The notes beneath the pieces are model-generated. The model did no database searches, was not told the DNA's origin, and saw only the letters and a list, made by a program, of their open reading frames with translations. Below are positions 1 through 8,765 of a stretch of 46,286 nucleotides of DNA, piece after piece. The position numbers were made by a program, and so were the translations under genes. Position 1 is the stretch's first letter. Every line of letters starts with the position of its first letter. The stretch spans positions 1 to 46,286 of the forward strand of contig JAQXHO010000092.1 of the NCBI GenBank assembly GCA_029007315.1. Reading direction: 5' to 3'. This stretch comes from Oscillospiraceae bacterium (lineage in GTDB: Bacteria; Bacillota; Clostridia; Oscillospirales; Ruminococcaceae).

Positions 1-72
1 AGTACAGTTCCGCCGAAGTTTACCGAACTGAATGTAAAGGCGTTTGAGCTTGGATATAATCTCAACAAATAA
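1..72 (+). CDS. 3' end of a partial CDS, probably indolepyruvate/2-oxoacid:ferredoxin oxidoreductase beta (gamma-like) subunit
   Basis: Frame 1 reads STVPPKFTELNVKAFELGYNLNK-stop. 'VPPKF..LN.KAFELGY' resembles the C-terminus of IorB/gamma-type subunits. A terminator follows. Confidence 0.6.
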   Translation, partial: STVPPKFTELNVKAFELGYNLNK

Positions 73-82
73 TATTTAACGC

Positions 83-136
83 AAATCCGCAGGATTTTCC
101 ATAAAAGGAATTTTCTGCGGATTTTTCAGTTTTTTT
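83..136 (+). terminator. Intrinsic terminator
   Basis: AAATCCGCAGGA...TTCTGCGGATTT stem followed by a T-rich tract. Confidence 0.75.
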
Positions 137-147
137 GAAAAAAATAC

Positions 148-176
148 TTGACAAGCGTTTTAAAGTGTGATATAAT
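148..176 (+). promoter_or_regulatory. sigmaA promoter of the tRNA pair
   Basis: TTGACA-17 nt-TATAAT perfect consensus with extended -10 TG, 20 nt upstream of tRNA-Leu. Confidence 0.9.
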
Positions 177-195
177 AATTAAGTTGAATATTGAT

Positions 196-282
196 GCGAG
201 TGTGCTGGAATAGGCAGACAGGCTAGCTTGAGGTGCTAGTGTTGGAAACGACGTGTGGGTTCAAGTCCCGTCACTCGCACCA
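196..282 (+). tRNA. tRNA-Leu(GAG)
   Basis: Acceptor stem GCGAGTG/CACTCGC, anticodon arm CTAGC-TTGAGGT-GCTAG, long variable arm, GGTTCAAGTCC T-arm, encoded CCA. Confidence 0.96.
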
Positions 283-345
283 TTTCTTTTTGCCCTTCTT
301 ATTAAAGAAGGGCATTAAAGAATTCGGATTAATATTTATATTTAT

Positions 346-437
346 GGACAGATGGCTGAGCTGGTCTAAGGCGCACGACTGGAACTCGTGTATACGTTAA
401 TAGCGTATCGAGGGTTCGAATCCCTCTCTGTCCGCCA
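346..437 (+). tRNA. tRNA-Ser(GGA)
   Basis: Acceptor stem GGACAGA/TCTGTCC, anticodon arm CACGA-CTGGAAC-TCGTG, long variable arm, GGTTCGAATCC T-arm, discriminator G plus CCA. Confidence 0.96.
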
Positions 438-441
438 GATT

Positions 442-471
442 CTCCCGGAGCTTTTGCTTCGGGAGTTTTTT
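442..471 (+). terminator. Intrinsic terminator of the tRNA operon
   Basis: CTCCCGGAGC-TTTT-GCTTCGGGAG followed by TTTTTT. Confidence 0.85.
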
Positions 472-623
472 GATGTTTACACAACATAAAAAGTTGTCTT
501 TTATCAAAACACTCCCATGGCTTTCCTGGGAGTGTTTAATATTTACAGCAAAAACTTTGAAGACTATTTACCGGACGCAGCGGGAACGTGCTTGTTTTTT
601 TAAAACAAAATTTCCGTAAACTA

Positions 624-652
624 TTGCATTTTTTAGAGAAATGAGTTATAAT
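624..652 (+). promoter_or_regulatory. sigmaA promoter of fba
   Basis: TTGCAT-17-TATAAT; RBS AGGAGG at 693-698. Confidence 0.75.
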
Positions 653-705
653 TAAATCAAGAGTGCGTAAGGCACTGCTTTATAACTTCTTTAGGAGGAA
701 ATGAA

Positions 706-1572
706 ATGTTAGTATCTGCAAAGGAAATGATGGACAAGGCTCGTGACGGCAAGTACGCTGTAGGTCAGTTCAACATCAACAATCTGGAATGGACAAAGGC
801 AATCCTGAACACAGCACAGAAGCTGGAATCTCCTGTAATTCTGGGTGTATCCGGCGGTGCCGGAAAGTATATGACCGGCTTTAAGACAGTTGCCGCAATG
901 GTAAAGGCTATGGACGAATCTCTGGGTATCACTGTACCGGTAGCTCTTCACCTTGACCACGGCACATATGATCAGTGCTATGACTGCATTAAGGCAGGCT
1001 TTACTTCTATCATGTTCGACGGTTCACATTTCCCGATCGAGGAAAACCTTGCAAAGACACAGGAGCTGGTAGCTGTAGCTCACAAGCTTGGTCTTTCTAT
1101 TGAGGCTGAAGTTGGAGCTATCGGCGGCGAAGAAGACGGCGTTATCGGCAAGGGCGAATGCGCTGATCCTCAGGAATGCAAGACAATTGCAGATCTGGGC
1201 GTAGACATTCTTGCTGCTGGTATCGGTAATATCCACGGCGTATATCCCGAAAACTGGGAAGGTCTGTCTTTTGAAACTCTGGCTGCTATCAAGGATACAG
1301 TTGGCGATATGCCTCTGGTACTCCACGGCGGTACAGGTATTCCGGACGAACAGATCCTCAAGGCTATCTCTCTGGGTGTTGCTAAGATCAATGTAAACAC
1401 AGAATGCCAGCTGGTATTTGCTGAAGCTACAAGAAAGTACATTGAAGAAGGCAAGGATCTCAAGGGCAAGGGCTTTGACCCGAGAAAGCTTCTCCTGCCG
1501 GGCTATGAGGCAATCATGGCTAAGGTTGAAGAGAAGATGAACCTCTTCGGCTCTGTTGGTAAGGCTTTCTGA
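706..1572 (+). CDS. fba: Class II fructose-1,6-bisphosphate aldolase
   Basis: Motifs AVGQFNINN, VALHLDHG, MFDGSH, IGNIHG, LVLHGGTG, KINVNTE, FDPRK; strong RBS. Confidence 0.96.
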   Translation: MLVSAKEMMDKARDGKYAVGQFNINNLEWTKAILNTAQKLESPVILGVSGGAGKYMTGFKTVAAMVKAMDESLGITVPVALHLDHGTYDQCYDCIKAGFTSIMFDGSHFPIEENLAKTQELVAVAHKLGLSIEAEVGAIGGEEDGVIGKGECADPQECKTIADLGVDILAAGIGNIHGVYPENWEGLSFETLAAIKDTVGDMPLVLHGGTGIPDEQILKAISLGVAKINVNTECQLVFAEATRKYIEEGKDLKGKGFDPRKLLLPGYEAIMAKVEEKMNLFGSVGKAF

Positions 1573-1599
1573 TTTAAGCCGGGCAATTTTCAGAACAAT

Positions 1600-1629
1600 A
1601 AGCGGTCGGGTGATATCCTGACCGCTTTT
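1600..1629 (+). terminator. Intrinsic terminator after fba
   Basis: AAGCGGTCGGG-loop-CCTGACCGCTT followed by Ts. Confidence 0.8.
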
Positions 1630-1746
1630 GTCATGTATTCATAATTTATAATGCACCTCAATGATATCATTAATCATTTTACCTCTTTTCAAATTCTGAA
1701 ATATGTGATATAATAAATGCAGACTATTCCAACAAGGAGGAACTGT

Positions 1747-2283
1747 ATGAAAGCCTGGCAGCATTTCCGGACTATTACCCGGCACAGACATAAAGTCATT
1801 GTACACTGCGCAAAATGCGGCATACTCTGGCAGGGACTAAGACACGATCTTTCCAAATATTCACCCACCGAATTCATTCCCGGCGCAAAATTCTATATAG
1901 GCACACGAAGCCCCAACGAAGCAGAACGTGACGCATACGGCTATTCTCTGGCATGGATGCACCATAAAGGCAGAAACAGGCATCATTTTGAATACTGGCA
2001 GGACTATAATCGTAAGACAAAACGCATGGAGCCTGTAAAAATGCCTGCCAGGTTTGTAGCGGAAATGTTCTGTGACAGAGTTGCAGCAAGCAAAATATAT
2101 CAGAGCGAAAAGTACCGGGAAGACAGCCCTCTTTTATATTTTCGCAATTCAAATGCCAGGAAAAATGGCCTTCTTCATCCCGAAACGGAAAAAAAACTCA
2201 TGGAACTTTTAGAGATCCTTGCAAACGAAGGAGAAGAGTCAGCCTTCAGGGCAGTACGTGATATGGTCAAAAACGATTATTAA
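1747..2283 (+). CDS. DUF5662-family protein (HD-like His-rich motifs)
   Basis: Start moved to ATG 1747 (RBS AAGGAGG 1734-1740; extended -10 TGTGATATAAT 1704-1714). Motifs [31 protein letters not shown]. Confidence 0.8.
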   Translation: MKAWQHFRTITRHRHKVIVHCAKCGILWQGLRHDLSKYSPTEFIPGAKFYIGTRSPNEAERDAYGYSLAWMHHKGRNRHHFEYWQDYNRKTKRMEPVKMPARFVAEMFCDRVAASKIYQSEKYREDSPLLYFRNSNARKNGLLHPETEKKLMELLEILANEGEESAFRAVRDMVKNDY

Positions 2284-2297
2284 GGAGAAAAAAGAAA

Positions 2298-2753
2298 ATG
2301 CGTTTGGTAATTCAGCGTGTTTCCCACGCAAGCGTAACAGTTGACGGTGAAATTACCGGTAAAATCGGAAGAGGTTTCCTTGTGCTTCTTGGTGCAGGTT
2401 CAGACGATACTGAGGAAATCGCAGAGAAAATGGCTGACAAAATGCTGCGGCTGAGAATATTTGCAGATGAAAACGACAAAACAAACTTGTCTGTTACAGA
2501 TGTAAAGGGCGAACTCTTAATCGTAAGCCAGTTTACACTTTATGCAGACTGCCGAAAAGGAAATCGTCCCAGCTTTATAAAAGCAGGAGATCCTGCAAAG
2601 GCAAATGAGCTTTATGAACATTTCAAGGAATACTGCAAAGAAACCATACCGGTAGTGGAATCAGGTATTTTTGGCGCTGATATGAAGGTGGAACTGTGCA
2701 ATGACGGTCCATTTACAATAGTACTGGATTCAGATGAGATAATAAAAAAATAA
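2298..2753 (+). CDS. dtd: D-aminoacyl-tRNA deacylase
   Basis: [19 protein letters not shown]...NDGPFT motifs. Confidence 0.96.
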   Translation: MRLVIQRVSHASVTVDGEITGKIGRGFLVLLGAGSDDTEEIAEKMADKMLRLRIFADENDKTNLSVTDVKGELLIVSQFTLYADCRKGNRPSFIKAGDPAKANELYEHFKEYCKETIPVVESGIFGADMKVELCNDGPFTIVLDSDEIIKK

Positions 2754-2772
2754 AGATATCATATCAATATAT

Positions 2773-2820
2773 AAAGGGACTGCCGCAGATACAGACCATG
2801 CCGCAGTCCCTTCTTTTTAT
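2773..2820. terminator. Bidirectional terminator between dtd and the ABC exporter
   Basis: AAGGGACTGC...GCAGTCCCTT stem between convergent genes, T tract on +. Confidence 0.7.
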
Positions 2821-2849
2821 ATTTCAGTATCCTGCAATATGCCGGATAA

Positions 2850-4592
2850 TCAGCTTCCCATTGACGCACTCAGCTTTGCATAAACTCCGCCCTTTCTGAT
2901 AAGCTCGCTGTGAGTTCCTTTTTCTATTATGCTGCCCTTATCCATTACAAGAATAAGATCTGCATTCTGTATAGTAGACAGCCTGTGTGCCACAATAAAG
3001 CTGGTTCGTCCCTCCATGAGCCTTGCAAATGCCGACTGAATCTTCACTTCAGTACGTGTATCAATGGAGGATGTTGCCTCGTCAAGTATAAGAACCGGCG
3101 GCGGTGCAAGCATGAGTCTTGTTATACAGAGAAGCTGTCTTTGTCCCTCCGAAAGACTTGCACTGCCTATTACAGTATCATATCCCTTAGGAAGTCTGCT
3201 GATAAAGCCGTGGGCATGAGCCTCTTTTGCAGCGGATATCATTTCTTCATCTGTTGCCTCCGGCTTTGCCATGAGAAGGTTCTCTCTTACAGTGCCGCTT
3301 TTAAGCCATGTTTCCTGAAGAACCATTCCAACATGATCCCTAAGTGCCTTTCTCGTCATATTGCGGATATCCATGCCGCCCATGCGTATTTCTCCGCCGC
3401 CCACATCATAAAAACGCATCAGCAGATTTATAAGCGTGGTCTTTCCGCAGCCTGTTTTGCCTACAATTGCAACACGCTGACCGGGCTTTACTGTGAAACT
3501 GCAGTCTGTGATAAGAGGCTTGTCCGCAGTATATGAAAAAGAAACTCCGCAGAACTCTATATCACCGCCCGGAACCTCAGAAGCAGCATTTTCTCTGTCG
3601 GGTATTTCCGGCTCTTCCTCTATGAGATCAAGTATTCTTTCGGCACAGGCAAGGGCATTCTGAAGCTCTGCCACAACTCCGGATATTTCATTAAAGGGCT
3701 TTGTATACTGGTTGGCATAGCTTAAAAAGCAGGAGAGTCCGCCTACGGTAATTCTTCCGCTGACTGCTGATAATGCTCCTGCAAGAGCTACTGCCGCATA
3801 AACAAGGGCATTTACAAAACGTGTAACGGGATTTGTGAGCGATGAGAAAAATGTTGCCTTCAGTGAACTTTTCTCAAGCCTGCCGTTTATCTCATCAAAT
3901 TCAGAGAGAATATTTTCCTCCTGTCCGAATGCCTGGACTGTTTTCTGACCATTTATGGCTTCATTGATAAGGGCAGTCTGTTCAGCTCTTGTTTCTGACT
4001 GTTCACGGAACATCATATAGGTGCGTTTAGCAATAAAGCTTGCTGCAACAAGAGAAAGCGGCGTCATTACCACTACTACAAGAGTTATCCAGAAGTTTAT
4101 ATACACCATAAACAGAAGGGTGCCTATAATAGTAAGTACACCGGTGAAAAGCTGTGTGAATCCAAGAAGCAGACCTTCTGACAGAACGTCCACATCTGTA
4201 ATGATACGGCTGACAGTTTCTCCTGCCGGGTGTGAATCCAGATAACTAAAGGGCAGACTCTGAACCTTTCTGAATGCGTCTTCTCTCATATCACGAACAA
4301 CCTCACAGGCTATCTTGTTGTTTATCATGTTCATTATCCACTGGGCTACGGAGGTTATACCCACGGAAATACCCACAGTTAGAAGGATTCTTATAATATT
4401 GTCAAATGCCACTTCTCCCGGAGCTATGATATTATCAATAGCTCTTCCCACAAGAATAGGGACATAAAGAGTAAGTGCCACGACGATTACAGCCATAACA
4501 AGAGTTGTTACGAGCCATAATCTGTAGCGTGAAATATAGCGTAGAACCTTTTTGAGTGTTTTAATCTGGGAGCCTTTTTTATTACGCTTCAT
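2850..4592 (-). CDS. ABC exporter, fused TMD-NBD (subunit with canonical catalytic Glu/His)
   Basis: Six-TM N-terminus; GKTGCGKT, LSEGQ, LILDEATS, VAHRL. Confidence 0.92.
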   Translation of the reverse strand: MKRNKKGSQIKTLKKVLRYISRYRLWLVTTLVMAVIVVALTLYVPILVGRAIDNIIAPGEVAFDNIIRILLTVGISVGITSVAQWIMNMINNKIACEVVRDMREDAFRKVQSLPFSYLDSHPAGETVSRIITDVDVLSEGLLLGFTQLFTGVLTIIGTLLFMVYINFWITLVVVVMTPLSLVAASFIAKRTYMMFREQSETRAEQTALINEAINGQKTVQAFGQEENILSEFDEINGRLEKSSLKATFFSSLTNPVTRFVNALVYAAVALAGALSAVSGRITVGGLSCFLSYANQYTKPFNEISGVVAELQNALACAERILDLIEEEPEIPDRENAASEVPGGDIEFCGVSFSYTADKPLITDCSFTVKPGQRVAIVGKTGCGKTTLINLLMRFYDVGGGEIRMGGMDIRNMTRKALRDHVGMVLQETWLKSGTVRENLLMAKPEATDEEMISAAKEAHAHGFISRLPKGYDTVIGSASLSEGQRQLLCITRLMLAPPPVLILDEATSSIDTRTEVKIQSAFARLMEGRTSFIVAHRLSTIQNADLILVMDKGSIIEKGTHSELIRKGGVYAKLSASMGS

Positions 4593-6321
4593 GAGCCTGT
4601 CCCTCCTTCATCTGCTGCGAATTGTATATTTCCCTGTAAACGGTGCAGCTTTCCAGAAGCTCACTGTGAGTGCCGGATCCTGCAAGTTTTCCGTCATCCA
4701 TTACAAGTATTTTGTCAGCGTCCTTTATTGAAATTATTCTCTGGGATACAATGAAAATAACCGGTTGGAAGCTAAGTTTTCTGAGAGCAGATCTGAGTGA
4801 AGCCTCTGTGCCGTAGTCAAGAGCAGACGCACTGTCATCAAGTATCAGTATATCCGGTTTTCTCACAATTGCTCTTGCAATGCAGAGTCTTTGTTTTTGT
4901 CCGCCGGAAAGATTCCTTCCGCCCTCTGTAATCACCTCATCAAGTCCTTTCGACTTTGACTGCACAACATCAAGAGCCTGCGCCGCTTTCAGAGCCTCTG
5001 TAATTTCTTCATCTGAGGCGTCTTTTTTGCCCCAAAGAAGATTATCTCTTATGGTGCCTGACATAAGTTCAGACTTCTGAGGAACTATGCCCACGGATTC
5101 ACGCAGCTGTTTTTTCGGGTATTTATTTACATCTATACCGCCGACAGTAATTTTTCCGCTGTCTGCGTCATAAAATCTGGGTATCAGATTTACAAGAGTT
5201 GATTTGCCCGAACCTGTTCCGCCGATTATTCCGATAATATCGCCTTTCTTCGCTGTAAATGAAACATCTGAAACGGATGGAAGTGAAGCACCTTCATATG
5301 TGAAGGTTACATTTTCAAAGCATACTTCAGAGGGTGCTGTAATTTCAGCTCTGTCAGATTCGTCGGCAAACTGCTGCGACGGATTGATTTCAAGTATTCT
5401 CTGAATACGATTTCCGCAGGCAGCTGTTTTAGTAAGATTAATAATAAGGTTTGCAAGCTTTATAAGCTCCACAAGTATCTGGGACATATAATTGTACAGC
5501 GCAACAACTGCACCCTGTGTAAGAAGTCCTGCTTCAACTCTAACTGCACCTGTCCAGATAAGCGCTATTACTGCAAGATTTATAACAACATAGGTAAGCG
5601 GATTCATAAGGGCGGAGATCCTGCCGACGGTTTTCTGCATAGAGGTAAGAGACTCTGCGTCCTTTTCAAAGCTCTCTGTTTCAGCCTCTTCCTGTCCGAA
5701 GGCACGTATAACACGTACACCGCTTAAATTTTCCCTTGTGGAATTCATAACACGGTCAAGTCTGTTCTGAACCTTTTTGAACATTGGAATGCTTATAAGC
5801 ATAATTCCGAAAACTATTACAGATAAAACGGGAATAGTAACAACAAATACAAATGCACCACGAACGTCCACGGTAAACGCCATTATCATTGCACCGAAAA
5901 CTATAAAGGGTGAGCGCAGCAAAAGACGTATTGCAAGGTTAGTTCCTGTCTGCACCTGGTTGATGTCACTGGTCATTCTGGTGATAAGTGTACTGCTTCC
6001 GAGCCTGTTAATATCTGAATAGGAAAGCTTCTGCACATGGGAAAGAAGTGCATGGCGAAGCTTCGCAGCAAAGCCTGTTGCCGCTTTTGCCGCAAAATAC
6101 TGTGCAAAGAGAGTGTTTGCAAGGCCGATAGCTCCAAGTGCTGCCATGAGAATACACATTCCGGTGATGTAGCTGCTGTCCCGGTCCGCAATTCCCTTGT
6201 CAATTATTGCGGCAACTACAAGGGGTACAAAAAGCTCAAAAATCGCCTCCAGCATTTTAAAAAGAGGTCCGAGTATGCACTCCTTTTTGTATGACCGCAA
6301 ATATTTTAAAAGTTTAATCAT
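4582..6321 (-). CDS. ABC exporter, fused TMD-NBD (degenerate subunit of a heterodimer)
   Basis: GGTGSGKS, LSGGQ, degenerate Walker B LILDDS and switch VSQR. Overlaps its partner gene, as in TM287/288-type heterodimers. Confidence 0.92.
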   Translation of the reverse strand: MIKLLKYLRSYKKECILGPLFKMLEAIFELFVPLVVAAIIDKGIADRDSSYITGMCILMAALGAIGLANTLFAQYFAAKAATGFAAKLRHALLSHVQKLSYSDINRLGSSTLITRMTSDINQVQTGTNLAIRLLLRSPFIVFGAMIMAFTVDVRGAFVFVVTIPVLSVIVFGIMLISIPMFKKVQNRLDRVMNSTRENLSGVRVIRAFGQEEAETESFEKDAESLTSMQKTVGRISALMNPLTYVVINLAVIALIWTGAVRVEAGLLTQGAVVALYNYMSQILVELIKLANLIINLTKTAACGNRIQRILEINPSQQFADESDRAEITAPSEVCFENVTFTYEGASLPSVSDVSFTAKKGDIIGIIGGTGSGKSTLVNLIPRFYDADSGKITVGGIDVNKYPKKQLRESVGIVPQKSELMSGTIRDNLLWGKKDASDEEITEALKAAQALDVVQSKSKGLDEVITEGGRNLSGGQKQRLCIARAIVRKPDILILDDSASALDYGTEASLRSALRKLSFQPVIFIVSQRIISIKDADKILVMDDGKLAGSGTHSELLESCTVYREIYNSQQMKEGQAHEA

Positions 6322-6505
6322 TAAAAATACCTCCGTTACTATTATTCAAATAATATTATACCATGATTTAGGATAAAATTAAAGAATATACGGTAAAATT
6401 ATACTATAGACAAAGTGAACTGAAGCAGCATTGCCCTTTTGTGCAAACTCTACAATTGTTTTCAATAATATGCAAAAGTGTTCACACTAATTCACGGCAT
6501 ATTCA

Positions 6506-6534
6506 TTGACATAACCGCTAAAAAGTGGTATACT
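6506..6534 (+). promoter_or_regulatory. sigmaA promoter
   Basis: TTGACA-17-TATACT with extended -10 TG, which argues against the 6478 GTG start. Confidence 0.8.
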
Positions 6535-6612
6535 AATAACGTAAAGAAAAGAAACAAGATAAAAATGAAGATAGTGAAAACAAAAAAGGGAAAATTTAAA
6601 GGAGAGATATCT

Positions 6613-8214
6613 ATGAAAAATAATTTTTTAAAAAGCGTGGCAGTCGGTTTGTCACTGGCTTTATCAGTATCTGGAATACCTATAGGTTCCGTTGCTGAAG
6701 CAGCAACATCACATCCGGATTATAAAATGTATATCGCTTCAGGTGAAGAACGCAAGGACACAGTTTATGTATCCGCCGAAGACCTGGCAAAGGGCGATGT
6801 AACTATTCCGGCTGCTATTTACACAATTTCAGAGGAATGGACAAACCCATGTATCAATTATATGTTTTTCGTATGGGATTCTTCTGACTGGAGTCATGTA
6901 AGATTTACAAATCCTCTGAATTATTCGGAGCCGGGTGAAGAACGTACATATACATACAGCGGCGGTACATTTACAAGTAAGCTCACTCCTCATATGCTGG
7001 CTCATGTTTCCGAACGCCGAGGCATGATCACATATGCAAGCTCAAACTGCATATGCTATGCAACTGAATATACAGTAGATCCTATTTTTGGTATGGCTCT
7101 TTATTCCGACGGAAACGGCGGCGTATACTTCACAGCGTCATTCTATGCAAGTGAACAGGCGAAAATCAACCGTTACCGTTCCACAAAGACCTTTTATCCC
7201 GAGATAATTCCACATGAAGACGGAAGCGCAACCTTCAGATATGAATATATTCGTCAGGATAATTATGAAACTGATATTTCAGAAGGTATTATCCCATTCT
7301 ATGACCCGACTCTCCCACAGGACGAGATCATTGTGGGTAAATGCAACGTCAACCTCTGGCAGTACAACGGCTCTGACGATACAAAATTCCTGGGCAGATC
7401 AGATGAATTTCCTTCAACTACATTTGATGTCGTAGTTCTCCAGGATACTCCTGTAGGCGAATATAAAGTAAACATAAGCGACAGAACATATCTTAACAAT
7501 GATGAGTGCAAACCTTCCGCAACTCATCCTCTGACTATTATTGTAACAGATGATCCTCCGGAAACAACAACAACTACCACAACAACTACTACAACAACAA
7601 CCACAACCACCACAACTACTACAACAACAACCACCACTACAACTACCACCACAGAACCCACCACAACTACAACCACTACTACAACAGAAACCTCAGAAAC
7701 CACAACAACTACCACAACCACCACTGCTGAGTCTACAACAACAACTACCACTACCAGCATGATACTGACAGAAGCAAAGGATCCTCCTTATTTGTCAAAA
7801 AACCGTGCAACCCTTTATATGGGTCTGCCGCTTCATCTTTATGTATACAATGCAGAAGGTGAAGATTATACATGGAAATCCACTGATGAAAGCGTTGCTT
7901 CTATCTCTCAGGACGGTGTTGTAACAACCAATTCTGTAGGATCATGCAGAGTATATACAATTGTAAGAGGCAAGATCCTTTTCTGCAACATTAAAGTTGT
8001 AAACGGAATATGCGGCGATGTAAACATCAGCGGAAATGTAAGCTTGTCAGACGCAGTATGGCTTGGTAAATATTTATCCGGCTCTACAAGACTCAACCAG
8101 GCTTCTCTCATCAATGCTGACTGTTATCAGGACGGCTCAGTTACGGCTGATGACCTTCTGGTACTGTTATCATATCTTGCAATGAAAACAAATTCCCTGC
8201 CTTATGGGGCTTAA
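6613..8214 (+). CDS. Secreted dockerin protein: signal peptide, large cohesin-like N-domain, Thr linker, Big_2 Ig-like domain, C-terminal dockerin
   Basis: Start at ATG 6613 (RBS AAGGAG). Signal peptide ending AEA; poly-Thr linker; Big_2 motif TWKSTDESVASISQDGVV; dockerin GDVNISGNVSLSDAV...ADCYQDGSVTADDLL...LP. Confidence 0.8.
   Translation: MKNNFLKSVAVGLSLALSVSGIPIGSVAEAATSHPDYKMYIASGEERKDTVYVSAEDLAKGDVTIPAAIYTISEEWTNPCINYMFFVWDSSDWSHVRFTNPLNYSEPGEERTYTYSGGTFTSKLTPHMLAHVSERRGMITYASSNCICYATEYTVDPIFGMALYSDGNGGVYFTASFYASEQAKINRYRSTKTFYPEIIPHEDGSATFRYEYIRQDNYETDISEGIIPFYDPTLPQDEIIVGKCNVNLWQYNGSDDTKFLGRSDEFPSTTFDVVVLQDTPVGEYKVNISDRTYLNNDECKPSATHPLTIIVTDDPPETTTTTTTTTTTTTTTTTTTTTTTTTTTTTTEPTTTTTTTTTETSETTTTTTTTTAESTTTTTTTSMILTEAKDPPYLSKNRATLYMGLPLHLYVYNAEGEDYTWKSTDESVASISQDGVVTTNSVGSCRVYTIVRGKILFCNIKVVNGICGDVNISGNVSLSDAVWLGKYLSGSTRLNQASLINADCYQDGSVTADDLLVLLSYLAMKTNSLPYGA
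7561..7757 (+). repeat. Low-complexity ACN repeat encoding a poly-Thr linker
   Basis: About 65 codons, nearly all ACA/ACT/ACC. Confidence 0.9.
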
Positions 8215-8220
8215 CTGAAT

Positions 8221-8721
8221 ATGGAAATTGAAATAAAAAAATATCAGAAGAAGGATATCCCTTCAATGACAAAAATATGGAATGAGGCAGTCTTGGACGG
8301 AGAGACACTGCCTCAGCAGAAAGCCATGACCGAAAGAGAAGCGTCTGCATTTTTCGGGAAGCAAACGGATACTTACATTGCGGTTGATAAGTCTACCGGT
8401 GTTGCTGTAGGCTTGTACATACTGCATCCCAATGGTATCGGGCATTGCAGTCACATAGCAAATGCAAGTTATGTTGTATGGTCTGTTATGCGCCATAAAG
8501 GAATAGGCAGAAAACTTGTAATTCACTCTCTGGAGCAGACAAAGAAAAGAGGTTTTACTCTTCTTCAGTTTAATGCAGTGGTAAGCACTAATACTGCTGC
8601 TCAGAAGCTGTATGAATCTGTAGGCTTCAAACGTCTTGGGGTACTTCCGGGAGGATACAAATCAGATTCCGGACAATACACAGACACCGTTCTTTATTAT
8701 CATGATTTAAGTGACATATAA
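8221..8721 (+). CDS. GNAT family N-acetyltransferase
   Basis: HIANASY.V, RHKGIGRKL acetyl-CoA motif, QFNAVVSTN..A.KLYE..GF. Confidence 0.9.
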   Translation: MEIEIKKYQKKDIPSMTKIWNEAVLDGETLPQQKAMTEREASAFFGKQTDTYIAVDKSTGVAVGLYILHPNGIGHCSHIANASYVVWSVMRHKGIGRKLVIHSLEQTKKRGFTLLQFNAVVSTNTAAQKLYESVGFKRLGVLPGGYKSDSGQYTDTVLYYHDLSDI

Positions 8722-8765
8722 AAACAGAGCTGTTGCATTATTTTGCAGCAGCTCTGTTTGCTTTT
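8721..8765. terminator. Bidirectional terminator
   Basis: AAACAGAGCTGTTGCA-loop-TGCAGCAGCTCTGTTT between convergent genes. Confidence 0.8.

Noticed and set aside
438-705. Integrative element at the tRNA-Ser 3' end
   Set aside because: No integrase and no duplicated tRNA 3' end seen. Only extra hairpins (292-313, 507-537) are present before fba.
1747-2283. Catalase annotation often attached to this family
   Set aside because: No heme- or Mn-catalase motifs.
6478-6612. Upstream starts in the ORF track (also 1717, 10852, 21315, 25299, 31450, 34292)
   Set aside because: They overlap promoters, operators or upstream genes, or lack an RBS. Downstream ATGs have an SD and family-typical N-termini.
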